DNA of 55,286 nt, counting the filler, from Sluysia triapertura (Eukaryota), in assembly GCA_046118255.1 (NCBI GenBank). It is 4 parts of 4 records of this genome, joined end to end, with 100 filler letters (N's around TTAATTAATTAA, not from the genome) between each part and the next. Parts side by side here need not be neighbours in the genome. Positions count along the whole stretch, not along the records: positions 11,778 to 26,794 come from JBJNIA010241326.1; 3 more parts are not named here. The stretch is one strand, 5' to 3'. Each line of letters begins with the position of its first letter. The first letter of the stretch is position 1. Positions 13,290 through 26,206 of the stretch are shown one piece after another. The position numbers and the translations under genes are program-made. Under the pieces are notes generated by a model, which did not search any database, had not been told where the DNA came from, and was given only the letters and a program-made list of their open reading frames with translations.

Positions 13290-13382
13290 AAAAATGTTGA
13301 AATAATATTAATAATGATAATAATAATACTAAAAAATGTTGAAATAATATTAATAATGATAATAATAATACTAAAAAATGTT
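13290..13382. repeat. Perfect 42-bp tandem duplication (2.2 copies)
   Basis: AAAAATGTTGAAATAATATTAATAATGATAATAATAATACTA repeated. Confidence 0.95.
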
Positions 13383-14975
13383 TAATTAAAATACTAATAA
13401 TAATAATTAATAATATTCGATTGCAAATAATAATAAAATTAAAACAAAAATAATTTCTTTTTCATTATCTATCACATTTATCCAATCTTTTAATTTTTCT
13501 ACAAATGCTGATAATCTCTAAGTTCATTAATCCTATTACTTAACATAATTCGTTTTTGTTTAGCATAATTCAAAACTTCAACAGTTTTTGCTTTTGCTTT
13601 TGTTATATTCTCATGTAGTTTACGTTTTCATTATGGTTGATTTGTTGTGTAATTTTATTGGTAGATGTAGTCATTTTACAAATGCAATTATCAATATTAA
13701 GGTTATATTTGTAATATACATAATAATACGTTGAAGTTGTTCACCTAATGAAAGTAAAGCGTCATCATTATAATCATCAATATACGAATCATTGTTCATT
13801 TTGTCAAATTTTTTCCTGTAATTCATTTTCGAATTGTTTTAATTAACGCAACAAATCAGATTGCTCTGTCAAATCACACTTATTTTCATTATCTAATCAT
13901 TAACTATTTTCATTTTCAAATAGTTTCTTTTCATATTCAATCCATCACCGTAATTCTTTATCGAAGGATTCTTTGAAAATCGAACACAAAAAGTATTGAA
14001 GTCATCGATTTCAGATTCAATAATATTAAATTCATTTTTTAGTTCGGAAATTGCGTTTAGTTTACTGTAATGTTTCATTTCAGTAATTTCATTATAATCT
14101 TTTCTATCTTAATTAGTTTAGTTTCTACTATTTTATTGTCTTCTTATTTATTATCTTGGATTTGAGTAAAATTTTCCTGGTATTGGTTATTGGTTCTATA
14201 CCGCTTGATATTAAAGAAGTTCTTGAGTCTGAATTAGAACAACGTAGTAAATCACCGGTTAATGAAATATTCGATAATGTTTCTAAGAATCTCAATCGTG
14301 GTAAATATGTTATTGTTGAATCGATCGATGCTGCACTTGAAGGTGATCGTTCATGTTACAAGAATGAATTTATTTCATATTTTAGACGCGGTATACGACG
14401 AAGATGAAGGTCTACTAGCGCTAGGTCAAAAGTTAAGAGAGTTAGAATTACATCAGGATGCAGCAACAAAGCTTTTGTAGAAATGTTTTTTACGAAGTTT
14501 TCGATTAACTCGCTGCAAAACATGGGCTATCGAACTACCCCACCGAGTTTTAAAGCTTTCTTATTTAAAATTCTGAGAGATGGTAAATATTTAAATTTAC
14601 GTTTTGCTATCATGAACACATCTTGTTTGAATTCTCCGACAAGTCCTGTATTAAGTTGGACGATAAAAGGGAGAAATATTGATCGACGTTTTACAATTTT
14701 AAATTGTCTGCAGCTTATTTTTGAAAATCATACCAGTAGCATGTTAATTAATTATCAGTTTTAATAAATGTAGTGTATTTGTATTTCTTTTTTCATAATA
14801 GTATTAATGATAAACAATCTTTTAATGTTTGATAACTGCTCGATATTTAATTTCCTACGAGACCTTAAATCCCCAATATTTAGCCGCAAATTAATTCAAA
14901 GTAATAAGTATAATAAACTTTTCTAAGTAATTTCAATATTTGTAAATTTTCTTAAATATGTTAATAAACTAAAAA

Positions 14976-15250
14976 ATGAAAATGATGGATCGACTATATT
15001 GTTTAGCTAACTTAAAGGAAAGAGTACATTTGTATGTGATACACAAAAGTCGGTGTGCGGATTAGGTTTTTTGAAAACAGTAAATTAAAGGAAATATTTT
15101 TACTAAGTGTAAAAATATTTTAGAAAATGATGATAGTCTTACACTACTCAAGAAAATGAATTAAGAAAAAAGGAAATACCTATTGTATTTATAGCTAATA
15201 AAACAACAGATACAATAAGACTAGTTAGAATAGATAAATTTATTCAATGA
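14976..15250 (+). pseudogene. Internally deleted Arf-like GTPase relic (ARL6/BBS3-like)
   Basis: MKMMDRLYCLANLKERVHL resembles the ARL6 N-terminus (LLDRL..L..LK.KEVH), and ELRKKEIPIVFIANK resembles IPILFFANKxD. P-loop and switch regions are absent; stops are present. Confidence 0.4.
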
Positions 15251-16339
15251 GGTTAACAGGTATACAAACAAATTGTGACAAAATTTTTATATCAAAACAT
15301 AAAGTTAAACAATCTTACTCTGTTCTGCATAAAAATGAAGTTAGTTTTGCTACTTATTTTAATAATAAAGCAGATTTTAAAATTTAAAATCATTGTTCAG
15401 AATAATAAAGATAAATTTAATGTAGCAATAATTAACAGGAGGAAGAAGAAAAATGAATCAGAGAAGTGAATATGAAAACATCTAGAGTCTCCTGAGCGCC
15501 TTATAAATTATTAAATAGCTTTAGTCTCAATAAAACCTTTAAACATGGAATAGGATTTAGTCTAAAAATAGATTAATTAATTAAAATCTTAATTAACTTA
15601 ATAACTTTTGAATGCGAAATGCTCTGTTGAATTTGAAACTGTGTATATATTTGTTTTGAAAAGACCTTTCTATGAAGGTAGGCTTTGACCAAGTTCAATC
15701 AAGGAAAGCTTTAATATTGAGCAAAGTCAAATTTTATTTAATTCTTAATTATGCAATTCTTAACTAATTGAATTCTTTATACTTAGAATGAATCAAATAT
15801 AATGAACTGAATATGAGATGATTGCTATGAAACAGTAAAATCTATAAGTGAGTTTGAAATATTTGTAGAGTGATTTGTTTGAGAATAAGAAGCTTAAACA
15901 TTTTTCAAGAGAAAATTTGGTGTGTAAAATAGAAAATTAATTAAATAATAGAAAGTGAAATTAAATTCATTATTTTTATGTATGTTATTAGTATTGCTGA
16001 TTGTAATTTTAATGTGAGAAGTAATTTAAGTAAAAATAGATTGAGTAGAGTAAAAAAAGTGATGGTTGATAATAAATCAAATTTCTACGTTTTGTTCCTA
16101 ATAAAGTTTGACATACTGTACCATGTAATTGTCAGAGTTATTATTGTCGGTTTAATTCTCAAAGAAGTTTTGATGATTTATGTGAGACAGTGTTTGATTG
16201 TGAGACTTTGGATTGATTGAATAATGAAAGAGTATACAATGAAAATTTTAAAAATTTTACAACACAATTACAAAATCACACAAATGCACAGGCATCGAAC
16301 AGGTAAAACTTTTACTATTTTAAATAAAATAAAATAACA

Positions 16340-16850
16340 TAAATAAGTGTTTTTTCTTTTTTGGGAAATATCTCAAGATTAGTATTGTGGAGGACAACCA
16401 GCCCAATTTATTTTATTTTGAATTAATTATTTTATTTTTAGGGATTTTAGGTCAACTTTGTGGAGACATCCTGCCCAATTTATTTTTTAAAATGTTTAAC
16501 CATCATTATTATTTTAAACTTTCTAGATATTGATATTTTTAGTGATTGTTGTGTCACTCCTGGTTTTTTCATATAGACTGTCATATCCTTGATACTATTA
16601 TAAACATTATTGTTAATATTATTATTTTAGTCATTTTTTTGTATTGTTAGTGGAGGTTTATAATAATAATTTGTATTTGATTTTTGTTTAGCGACTAAAT
16701 TATTGTGTTGCCATTAATTTGATTTTCAAAAACTTAATTTTGGGGTGAATAATTATTATTTTCAATGTAAGAAAATTAATGATAATTTATACTTAATATA
16801 GTGAGTACTTAAATTATTGAGATTTTATTAAAGTTAATTAAACTGATGTT
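16340..16850 (-). mobile_element. Dispersed repeat, probable 3' part of a LINE; homologous to 38590-39030
   Basis: Colinear shared blocks with 38730-39030 (AGTGAT.GT...GTCA..CCTGGTTT, TAATAATAATTTGTATTT, TTCAAAAAC.TAAT, GATAATTTATA.TT). Contains a ~72-bp-period repeat TTGTGGAG.ACA.CC.GCCCAATTTATTTT. Strand and LINE origin are inferred. Confidence 0.5.
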
Positions 16851-16884
16851 GATTTAGCGTAATTAATAATTTTCAAAGACGCAA

Positions 16885-17560
16885 CACTCCCAAAAGGTAA
16901 TTATAAATCAAGAAGCGAATTTTTTGAATGAACTTATGACAGAAATTCATGTTTTTCCAAATTGATAAGCATTATACTTTTGCTTATCATCCTGAAACTG
17001 ATGGTTCGGTTGAAAGTTTCAATAGAACATTAACACAAATGTTGACAGCCAATGATTATCAGACAATTGGAATAAGTATATTGCACCACGTATATATGCT
17101 TATGGAAGTGTAATTCAAGAAGAAACTAAAGGAACTCCTTTTTATCTTATGTATTTGCGAGAATCACGATTACCAGTGGATTTAACACCAAATATATCTA
17201 AATATTTGAATCAAAATAGCTATTTGCAGGAAATGAAGGAAAGACTAAAAAAGTTAGGATAAGAACAAAACTTAATGTTAAATTTAATCAAGAATCTTAT
17301 AAAGAATATCAAGATAGAAAATTAAAACCCGAAATATATAAAGAAGATGATTTAATTATGTTATATACATGAAAAAGGAAGAAGTCCTAAATTATACAAA
17401 CTTTATGTCCCTATTTGTTATAAGATGTAACCGAACAAAATTTAAAAATTCGAAGACATAGAAAATATAATAAACCTACCATTACCGTACTTAGAAATCG
17501 GTGTAAAAATTTTATTTCACGAGAAAATATTATTTACGAAGTACAGATCTAAATAATAAA
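16885..17560 (+). mobile_element. Gypsy/Ty3 LTR-retrotransposon integrase (degenerate)
   Basis: FQIDKHYTFAYHPETDGSVESFNRTLTQML...WNKYI...AY.S..QE.TK.TPFYLMYLRESRLPVDL...TITVLRNRCK gives the integrase core (YHPxTxGxVE.FNRTL), TPFxLxxGR.xRLPxD and the C-terminal VHxNRxK motif. Multiple frameshifts. Confidence 0.9.
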
Positions 17561-18790
17561 AACGGAAACGAAAACGACTTACCAGTATCTCAATCTAATC
17601 TCTTTCTGACTACTGCATTAATAATAACAATATGCTACTGCTTAATAACTATTACACAATCTACAAATATTGATTTAGCTAATAATAAGGTTCAATTATG
17701 GCTAATCGGGACTTTTCGTCCAGGAGTATTTAATATCATAGTGGAACCACAGAGAAATTTTTTGAAAATATGGTATCTGTAGAATGACCAAATGAAAATG
17801 AAACTCATACCACTAAATATAATATAATAAAGTAAATATCTAGGACATACTCTATATTATATACACATGTTTTCACTAAAATTGAAAAATGTGAATCTGG
17901 AAAACTTCTTGTAAAATGGCTTAGCATTACAACTGCAGCAATGATGAATCAATTAATTATTTTAAAGAAATAATGTTTAGTTACATAGATATACATGAAT
18001 TTAATTGTAGAATTATCTTACCCAATAGAGTAGATAAACTTCATGAAGAAAGAAAAGTAATATTCTCAATTAAACCATACAATCAAAATCATTCTGTCAT
18101 TATTAAATAAGGTAGTCGTTCAAAATATTTTAATAGGTAAATTTTTGAAGGACATCAGAAATTAGGAGTCAAATACGCACCAATGAAGATGTGTTCAGAA
18201 TTGACTAAAGAAGTCATGTTTTCGCATGATTACGTACCTAAAATAATAAAAATAAATATTTATGCTATAAATACCATTAAGAAGTATTCTAAAAATTATA
18301 ATAAATAATTATAATAAATTATAATAGATATCAAATAGCACAAGTACATATGGCCATGAAAACAGGTCTACTCTTTGATGTACTATGCCCCCAGATCAAT
18401 GTATTATTATTATTTCGGAGTTCTGCATTATAATTTTTTAAATAATTTTTCATATTGCAGATTGTCTAATTAAGCATAAATCGCGACAGTCTACGATTGA
18501 TTTATTGGAGGATAAGAGCGTACAAACAACTACAAGATTTCCAAAATAACGCATAACTAATATCGAACTGAATCAAATTATTAAATCACTAACTCCACTG
18601 TCGTCATTACTATAATACAAAACAGTAACTGTTAGTGACTGTATGATATCATTTTATTTTCATTTTTTATAGAAAAGACTTTTATTAGTAATTTTTATCG
18701 TTAATTATTTTATCACTTACCTTTTATCACTAATCACTGCATCATTGATTCATTTTTACCTAATCATTCTTTTTTGTGATCGTATACAAT
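17560..18790 (+). mobile_element. Degenerate env-like ORF immediately downstream of integrase
   Basis: Signal-peptide-like LFLTTALIITICYCLITITQS, a Cys-containing ectodomain-like region in the same orientation (NET and NHS sequons), and a late hydrophobic stretch (ILFSFFI / LLLVIFIVNYFITYL). Confidence 0.5.
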
Positions 18791-21117
18791 TATTATAATA
18801 CAATTGTCATGTTCGGAATATTAAGCTCAAATATAAAGTTATTATTAATATAAATTTAATATAAAAATAAAGTTAAGCTCAGATAAAGTTAATAAGTTTA
18901 TAGAAACAAATGAGAAAAATGTTCTCGAATATGACATTGTAATTATAATACCAAATTTGATAAAATTTAATAGCAGAAATAGAATCTTGATTTTAATTAA
19001 CGATCATCCAAAATATTTTTATAACGTAACACCGACACATTTATCATATGCTGTAGGAATTCAAATTTATTCAGTAAATTATGAAATAAAGGTGCATATA
19101 TAAAGTTATATAAAGAAGATAAGAAGATAAGATAAAGCAATCTAATGAATGTTTCGGTAACTAAGAAACCTAATAATTTATTTTAAATAAGATTAACCAA
19201 TAAGTATTAAGTGTGAAAAAACTAATATTATAGTATGCGTGGTTTAGACAATTAGGCATAGTCCTTTATTTTTAAATAAATTTTAACATGTTATATAAAT
19301 TAATAAAAATAGTAAATAAAATTATTATAGAATTAATTTTTTCTGTTGTTGTTTCAATTTGATTTTTTATTAAATATTATTAAATATTAGGCCTACGCTA
19401 AAAATAGTAATGGACTTTTTTGGTCAATAAACTTTGAATACCACAAAAGGAATTATGCGAAGTAATGATAAGCAATGTAAAATAGACAAGTAATGAATGA
19501 CTGATGTTAAAATGTATAGTGTAAAGTATGGTTATAATGGTTTGAATGTGTAATGATAAAAATAAAATTAATTTACAAAAAATAATTTAAAATAATAAGG
19601 TTGATTTCATAACAATAATAAATTTGATGTAATTTTACCTTTATTTTTAAACATTTTAAAGGTGGACAATGCATATTCTTTTTAAGTACCATTGAGATAT
19701 TAAAACTAGTTTGTAATATTAATTTTTCTTTTGCTGGATTTTCATAGGAAGAATCTAAAGATAAAGTGCTTCTAGACTTTAGTGTATGCATATCAGTTGA
19801 CTACGTACTACATTAATGACGATAAAAATATCATGTCTGTAGTGTTCAACTCATTCATGAACCTCTAACAAGCGCAATCACAAAAATCCAATACACACTA
19901 CACCTTCGCCACATCTTACACACATAACAACACCGAATATATAACACACTTCAAACATAGTACATTAATATACCCTAAATTAAATAGAATATAATATTTC
20001 GTAACTTAAATAGAATATAATACACTTTAAGTACTACTTTAATCCGCCGAGATCGCCTCTTCCAACTGTATCAACATTTTCGCACCCTTCCTTTTTATTG
20101 TTAATATTTTTATTATTATTATTATCATTATTATTTGCATGTAATAAGATACACAATCATGAATTTGACACTTAAAAGATATATGGTTTCACAAATTGTC
20201 GTTGACAACAAAAGTTGATACTTGTTTTATATCCGAAGTAACACTACTTCACCGATCATGTGTGCTTATAAACTGGTTACTGTAGTGGTCAACATTAATA
20301 ATTTAAAATTAAAATTAACAACTCCAAACCAAATCTTGTTAAAATACAACTTTCTTAACAGTCATACTCCTTAATTCAGAATCACAACATCACAAACCTC
20401 ATAAAATAATATTTTACAATCACAACACCTCACCAACTTATATTCACCAACAGATCAATTTATATCACAACCATTTCCAACTCAACAAACTTCTACACTA
20501 AGTTCAAACAATTCATAACATTTATTCACTAAATACTTCATCAAACAAGTCATAATCACACCATAAACTTCATAAACCACAAACATAATAACATCTAAAC
20601 AATGCTAACAATTACCTCAGAAACATAAGTCAACTACACCTAAATCATCATTCAACCACATCAACTTTAAACCATCCCATATATACATGTATTACAAAAC
20701 CAAATATCCCCAACAACATTTTACTAAACACTAAAACTTATTTTGCAATCATCAATAAAGCTTAAAATAATTTCAATCTTTTAATAAACACTGTTAACTA
20801 TCAAATTTAATGCACAAATCTCGTTTTCAAACCATAAACCTCTTTAATAAGTTTCAACAAATTATTCTAACATTCTACATTTAATTACAATTTAATTATC
20901 ATACGTCTCAAAACAAATTCAGATAACTTCAGAGAATTCATTATCTCCTCTTCATCATCCCTTTATTTGTTTCTTTTCATTATTATTTTATTTCAATTTT
21001 ATATGTAAGAATAATCTAAGAATAATAAGAAAGATCATGTGAAATGACGTAAAGATTTATGCAGTTGTTCTTTTTATCAACAATAATAATAATAACCTTA
21101 TTACCGATGTCATTTTC

Positions 21118-21149
<32 letters not shown>

Positions 21150-21682
21150 TATTATTATTATCATTAATGTTATTACCAAATTTATTATTTGTACTATTAA
21201 TTTTTATTCAATTTTCGTCAAATTAGTTTCTACTGCCATCAGCACATATAAAATCATTTTTAAATGTCATTAGTATGTCAGTGCTGATGACGGCTGACCA
21301 GCAGTAAAAATTTAAATTACATAAGCTGCCCAGAAAAATCTAAATCACTATCACCCAGTCAGAGTGAATTCAGCTTTTATTACACTCAAAATACTCTGAT
21401 TGGGTAGGCAGCATTGGAGACAAAATTAGAAATGAAAATACAACAATTTCATTTGTCAGTAAATTTTCAAACTAAAACATTCTCAATAAAAAGTACAAAA
21501 ATTTTATTATTATATTTTTTGGAGTTAAAATAGTAATAATCAATTTCTCAATTTCATTTACAGTGGAGCTTTTCAATAGATACGATCACAATTACATGGC
21601 AATTTTCAACTTTACCAATTATTAGTTTAAGCGGAGTAAAAAAATTACAATTCACGTTGGTACAAAAAATTATGAATTAGAG

Positions 21683-22273
21683 ATGAGATGGTTAAATGTT
21701 CATAAGGATCATGGTGATATAAAGTTTATAAAGATTATCGAGTCAATGATTCCAATTAGAATAATGTTACTAGACAATTGTGAAGTAATGATGAAACAAT
21801 TAAATGTACATAAAAATCATAATGTTATAAAGTTTATAAAGATTATCAAATCAATAATTACATCTAAAATAATGTTGCTAGGTAATTATGAATTGAAGAT
21901 AAAGCAACTAGATGTTCATAAGAATCATGATTTCGTAAAGATTATTAAGTTATTCAAGTTAATGACTTTACTTAATGCAGTCTTATCAGATAACGATGAA
22001 TTTAAGATTAATCAAGCAAATGTTTACAAGAACTATGACGCTATAAAAATTGTAAAACTAGCAATTTCCTGTTACGTGACTTTACTAGATGATTTTCAAT
22101 TAAGTATGAGAGAACTAATGTTTTCATATAACTCCATTTCACGAAATAATGACAATCTCAAGGCAAATAGGATCAATACCTGTATCCTTTATTTTTTTGA
22201 GAATCAGTGGAAAGGAATGATAGTTTTTGTCGATCAGTTTGCAGTCAAGAGTACGATCTTACGTCCATTATGA
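21683..22273 (+). CDS. Uncharacterised protein with four 36-aa tandem repeats
   Basis: Open frame across four diverged 108-nt units (NxExxxxxxNVHKxHxxIKxIK...LxD) starting at 21668, 21776, 21884 and 21992. Confidence 0.5.
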   Translation: MRWLNVHKDHGDIKFIKIIESMIPIRIMLLDNCEVMMKQLNVHKNHNVIKFIKIIKSIITSKIMLLGNYELKIKQLDVHKNHDFVKIIKLFKLMTLLNAVLSDNDEFKINQANVYKNYDAIKIVKLAISCYVTLLDDFQLSMRELMFSYNSISRNNDNLKANRINTCILYFFENQWKGMIVFVDQFAVKSTILRPL

Positions 22274-23694
22274 GCCATAACTTTCACAAAGAAAATCTTG
22301 AAGGAAACAAGGCAGGTATCAATCACATCTCATTATACTTATCTGAAGGTAATGTTTTTGTACTAAAACTATCTTATTTTAACAATTATGTTGCTTACAG
22401 ATTTATCATTTACAACAGTTTTATTATTTCAGAAACTGATACAATCTGGATCCTAAATGGGAAGAAGTGTATGGAAGAAGTTTTGAAAATGGAAAATATT
22501 TTAATTCATATTGTAATATATAGATATTATTGTTACTTCAACGATTTTAATTATAAAATAAAATAAGTTAAAATAAGTTATAATCCTAACATTTCAACAC
22601 TTATTAATACATTGAAGATAAAATTTATAGACAAAGTTGTAATGACAATAACGAACACTTGCAAAAACCTGCATTCGACTCGACGATAAAATTTCTAATA
22701 TAAATATAAAATTAAGTTCAAGAGTCATCTATATGATGATAACAAACGTAATAAGTTCTGTATCTCTCGAAAACATAGCAAGTTTTTGTAGACAAATCAA
22801 AAATTACATAATAAACAACAAAGACGTAAAATTAAAATCGAATGAAATTAAATCTAAGGCTATCCACGACAAAAATTGGTGTAAGAGCAATGACACCCAA
22901 AACAGGTGCCGATGTTCTTACACTATAACTTTGTTTACCGAAATGATGAATTTCAAAATTTCAAACAATTTTACTTATATATGTTTAACTGTGTTATGCT
23001 TTATTTTTGTATGTCTTTATATATGTACGAAGGCATCTATTAACATTTGATTTAAATGAACAAAGTTGTTTCTAGAAGTTTCTTTTGAGATATTTTTTGA
23101 TTTATAATAATAATAATAATTTTAATTTTATTATAGTTAAAATAATAATTTTTTAAATAATACAATTTTAATAATTTTTTTATAATATTTTCATTATTTT
23201 ATTTTTACACGAAGTCATAAAAGTATAAAAATAAGATTTTTTACAAAATGATGTACAAAATGTATCATATTTATATCTGAAAAATTGAATAAAATGTGCA
23301 CATTATGTGCAGCAAAGATGATAAATAAATTTATTTGAATTCGTAATTGAATAGAAAGCAAATTATTGATTAAACACCATCTTTTATAAAAATTATGCTT
23401 ATAAAGATTTTACTTAACAAATAAAATTAATATTAAGGGTTCGAGTTAATAATTATGATAATAATAATGATAATAATTATTATCATTTTCATTATTATTA
23501 TTATTTTGAAAATTAAAAAAATATTACCGTTCTATTTTCATTTCGACTTCAAAAAAAATATTTCGACAATGTTTTAATATAGAACTGCAATTCCACCAGG
23601 CCCATCGAATTTGTTTTCGATTTCCAAGGTGTAAATTAAACTGTTATTTATTTTTTTAATGAAGAATTTTATATGCAACTTTTTGTAATTATAG

Positions 23695-25644
23695 CCTGGT
23701 ACACAGGTTGCTATAGTAACGGTCGATGATCAAGATAAAGGAAAATCGGGTTATGTTACAGTATACATACAAGAAACTAAACCATCGAATTTGATTTCTT
23801 TATTCAAAATCAATAAAATTTCATTAGTGCATTATCAAATTGTTCTATCGACACAAATATATCAAACATTTCAAGTAATATCACATAATATTTCTATAAC
23901 TATAGTTGCCATTGACAACGGTTCTCCAGCTCATTCAACATTCAAACAACTTCAAATAATAATTAAAGATTCTAATAATCATATACCATACTTTTCAAGT
24001 TCACATTATCTATTAACTACTCCTACAATCGAATCAAATTCTAATATTAAATTACAAATATTATTACCAAATTTTCAGGATAATGATCAATATATTGATT
24101 ATATAATAAATAACTATGAAATAATTGATCCAATTAATTCTAATCAATATTTACATCAAAATGGAACCAATGCATGGCTTACAGTAACAGAACAATATTG
24201 TCTATTTTTTCAATCAAAAATTCGATTAAAACTAACTGTAAAACCAAACATGTCAGTGAAAAATCCGACATACATCTCTACTGAATATTATAGAAACGTA
24301 ACAAATGTATACATCAAATGTATAATAAAACCAAAAGTTGTTACTTACAACTGTCCAGAAAAAATAACTCCTCAAATAAAAAAGGAGAACATCTTTTATC
24401 CATACAAATCAATAACTAATTATATTTTTAATAATAATGATAACGTTTGTTTACTGGCACCACAAAACGATATTTGTCGTAATATTTATAAAATAATCGT
24501 CGAACCAAATGTATCAGTATCATACTCGAAAGATTTAGGTCCTATACAAGTATTATATCCTTGGAAAATAATCAATACAATAGTAGATGGAAATATTTTA
24601 CTTAATCATTTAAAACTGACTACTAAATCAATGTATTCGTGGTATAATGTTGAAATATATCTATCTAATTATCCTTATTGTTATTTTAAACAAAAACTGC
24701 AGCATAGATCATTCAATAATGACTCTATTATGATAAATTTTCCGATAAAAATTCGTGAAAATGCTGAATTCGGTTTAACAATAATGAAATGGAAATATGA
24801 AAAAAGTCTATTACAAACATATTTACCGATGAATCTATTTAAAATCGATATAAAAACTAATTTAATTAAACTGGATGTGTCTATTAGTAAAACATCGCCA
24901 AAAGTACATCCTAATGTTATTATTGAACCACTTTATAATATCGATCCATACGATAATACATCTCATATTATTTTATCGATTTATTCAACAATTATCAAAC
25001 TTAATTTAAAACCAATCAATTACTATTGTACATTTTCAAATTATCAAATTCAAACAGGTTTAATGATAACTCCGGATTGTATATTGTATTTTTTCGCATC
25101 TATCAAAATCGAATTTCCAATCACAATAGCATATCATCATAAATTTATTCGTGATGCTCCTATTTTTATAACAAAATATCGATTTGTTATTACAAACACT
25201 GTTTATTCATTTGTAACACAATCAAAAATTAATAACAATATCAAATTATATCTAATTACAGAAACACAGTTAATCGACTTAATTAAACAAGTCGATAATT
25301 TGTTAAATTTTATTTCCATTACAGTAATATCAATTAATTCCACAAACAAATTGTTACTGTGGATACATTCTGAAAATTTTTATCGATTACAAACTACCGA
25401 TATCAACCTTACTGACGCTATTGAATATTTGTGTTTAAAAGATCATCCATGTGGTAAAGGAGGTGCATGTAAATTAGACGTTAATGTAGATTATTATGAT
25501 AATAACAACGTTAAAATTAATATCAACGTTACTCACATATTGGTAGCAGGGAAAATAGTTTTATCAACTCGATGTTCTTGTTTCCATGGTTTCACGGGAA
25601 ATATGTGTCAATTTTCTGTACCCTGCAAAGATAATAATAATAAG
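23695..25644 (+). CDS. Large exon of a Fat-like atypical cadherin (cadherin repeat, membrane-proximal region, split EGF)
   Basis: Acceptor TTATAG at 23694, in frame with the 626-aa ORF. PGTQVAIVTVDDQDKGKSG...VAIDNGSPAHS...IIIKDSNNHIPYF is a cadherin repeat. CLKDHPCGKGGAC...ILVA...CSCFHGFTGNMC is a Fat4-type interrupted EGF. Candidate donor GT at 25645. Downstream LamG-like sequence appears degraded. Confidence 0.75.
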
Positions 25645-26160
25645 GTTATATTTTTTTGTTATATTCAGTAATGAATTTGTAAAATTAAATTTAAAATATT
25701 TTATGATTATATTATTAAAGTATTACATTAAAGTTATGAAAGTATCTGTAATTTTTATCTTATTTAATGTAAACAAATTATTTAACATTGGATTAGAACA
25801 ATTATCCTGTTGTATTGTCACGTTCAGTTAAAATATACCAATTTCTCCTGATTCCTTAAAAACTATTATAAATCATTGTTTGTTAACACATTGTTCTGAT
25901 TCAACAACATATTTTTTCACAGTAGCCATTTAAATTTTCATACATAATTCTGCGCAAGATATCAAAGTGAAATTTTTATTCATCTAAAAGTCGAGCAAAC
26001 ATTATAATCATTACACAGATATATCTAGTCTTCTTATTTACTTTTTCTTCCATTACATGTAATACAAACTTTTTGAGGGTTTTCGTAAGGTCAGATACAG
26101 GAATGAATGTCTACCAATAAACCTTAAATGATTTTTAGAAGGTGGTCTTCCTCTCAATAT

Positions 26161-26206
26161 TTCTCATTGGCTGCCACACTTTTTTCTCATTGGCTGCCAC
26201 ACTTTT
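26161..26206. repeat. Perfect 23-bp tandem duplication
   Basis: TTCTCATTGGCTGCCACACTTTT x2. Confidence 0.95.

Noticed and set aside
16386-16495. CRISPR-like repeat-spacer pattern (also 50693-50848)
   Set aside because: Only two imperfect units, eukaryotic context, no cas genes.
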